Part shown: positions 62,766 to 64,000 of the stretch, piece after piece
How the letters are laid out: the number at the start of each line of letters is the position of its first letter
Position numbering within the stretch: the first letter of the stretch is position 1
DNA from: Nemertoderma westbladi
Taxonomy: Eukaryota > Animalia > Xenacoelomorpha
Direction: 5' to 3'
Assembly: GCA_032718475.1 (NCBI GenBank)
Contig: JAUCBJ010002638.1
Span: forward strand, 44,154-108,153
Length of the DNA stretch: 64,000 nt
Position numbers and translations under genes: made by a program
The notes under the pieces: model-generated
Told to the model about the DNA's origin: nothing
Databases searched by the model: none
What the model saw: only the letters and a program-made list of their open reading frames with translations

Positions 62766-64000
62766 ACCACCTGTTATTAACTCCTTATTGGTTGATGCTC
62801 TCGTCTGATAACATTTAAGTTTAGTATTCTAGTATAGGACCGTGTGGCAACAGGGCTTAACTCAGCCTGTAATTCTTAGTTTGTATTTAAAGCCATTTAC
62901 CCCACTATTGTGGTGGTGTATATTTGTGCATATTTCCGTAGGAATGCGTGAAATTGAGCGAAAGTTGAGGAAAACAATTAAACTTGTTTATACCCTAGCT
63001 TACAACCTTCCTCTACCATGTTGTGGCACAATGCTGAAGTGCCAAAGAAAATATCCTTCCAGTAGTAAATATCTTTGTTCAAAATTATGTTGTTAAAATC
63101 TTTTCGATAAAGTAACACGGACTTCTACTCTTTGAAAAGGATCATTGAACGATTGGGTACGAGACCTATGCCTAGTAGTCTTCACTTTATTGTCCCACCT
63201 TTAGCTTAGTTAGTTATTGAAGCAATTATCCTTTCCCTCACCCCCAAAGAATGCATCTGTTTGACCATTAGTAGTTACCGTTAATCAATTCGAATGTTTT
63301 AATAGTTCTATTGTATAGATATGAATAGTCATTATAGACCGCAGCTACGCAGTGTAGCTATCTATGGAATGAGACTGGCCAAATGAGAGGCCCTTTTAGT
63401 CGGAAAATGCATTGCGCCAAGGCCAAACACAATAGCTTGTTGTAGTTGAGCTGGTTATATTAAAGTAATTAAAGAATATTTGGGTGCAATTAATTTTCAT
63501 TATTGTCATAATTCGGTAATTGAAATGAAGTAATATATTTATTATTGCACAAAATAATAATAATACCAATATAGAACCCAAGCCACTTACTAACGTCGTT
63601 ATAAGTTGTACTTTATATGACTGCAGTAATGTTGTGTTACTATTATAGCGGATTTCAGCCACGCTTGTAAAGAGAATTCGTGGAATTACGGAAGGTGTCT
63701 GTGAAATTAACGTTTTAAATCAATATCATCTTGTTGAAAATTATTCGTAAACCTACATAACAAAAATAATCCATCATTAATTTATTCATTTAAATTTAGA
63801 ATTTACGCTTCACTAATTGGTCCGAGTCGTTGCTATAGTAACAGTGGGGTAAATAATAATTCACAGAAATACTATATTTGTCATTTCATATCCAAGTACA
63901 TATTTATCTGGGAGAATAACAGTTGCATATATAACTAGTCTGTGTGAACTGTGCGTGGTCAAAAAACATAATAATTATTGGTACTGTAGGTGTATTAAGT

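Overview
AT-rich animal (invertebrate-like) nuclear genomic DNA, not prokaryotic or viral. Genes in order: 3' end of DHFR (+); a complete 4-exon POLD1 (-, about 1089 aa) whose 24.6-kb first intron is almost entirely a 28/29-bp satellite carrying two identically bounded internal BEL/Pao pol fragments; an intronless F-box/LRR-like gene broken by a 5-bp TA-CAG-TA insertion; intronless DONSON, RBM34 and LIN52 in tandem (-); an unrecognised 219-aa ORF; and intronless vezatin (-). Intergenic DNA holds a Mutator-like MITE, CR1/L2-type and RTE-type LINE fragments, a tRNA-derived SINE, a piggyBac-like MITE and three further tandem arrays (61, 28 and 41 bp units). The main signals are: (1) recurrent TA-anchored motifs (TACAGTA/TACTGTA, TACCGGTA, TAGGCCTA) that look like transposon excision scars, one of which disrupts a gene; (2) capture and co-amplification of an LTR-less retroelement fragment inside an intronic satellite; (3) strong intron depletion with a possible LIN52-RBM34 operon; (4) a LIN52 apparently lacking the S28 phospho-switch. 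All calls come from reading the sequence by eye; no database searches were run.
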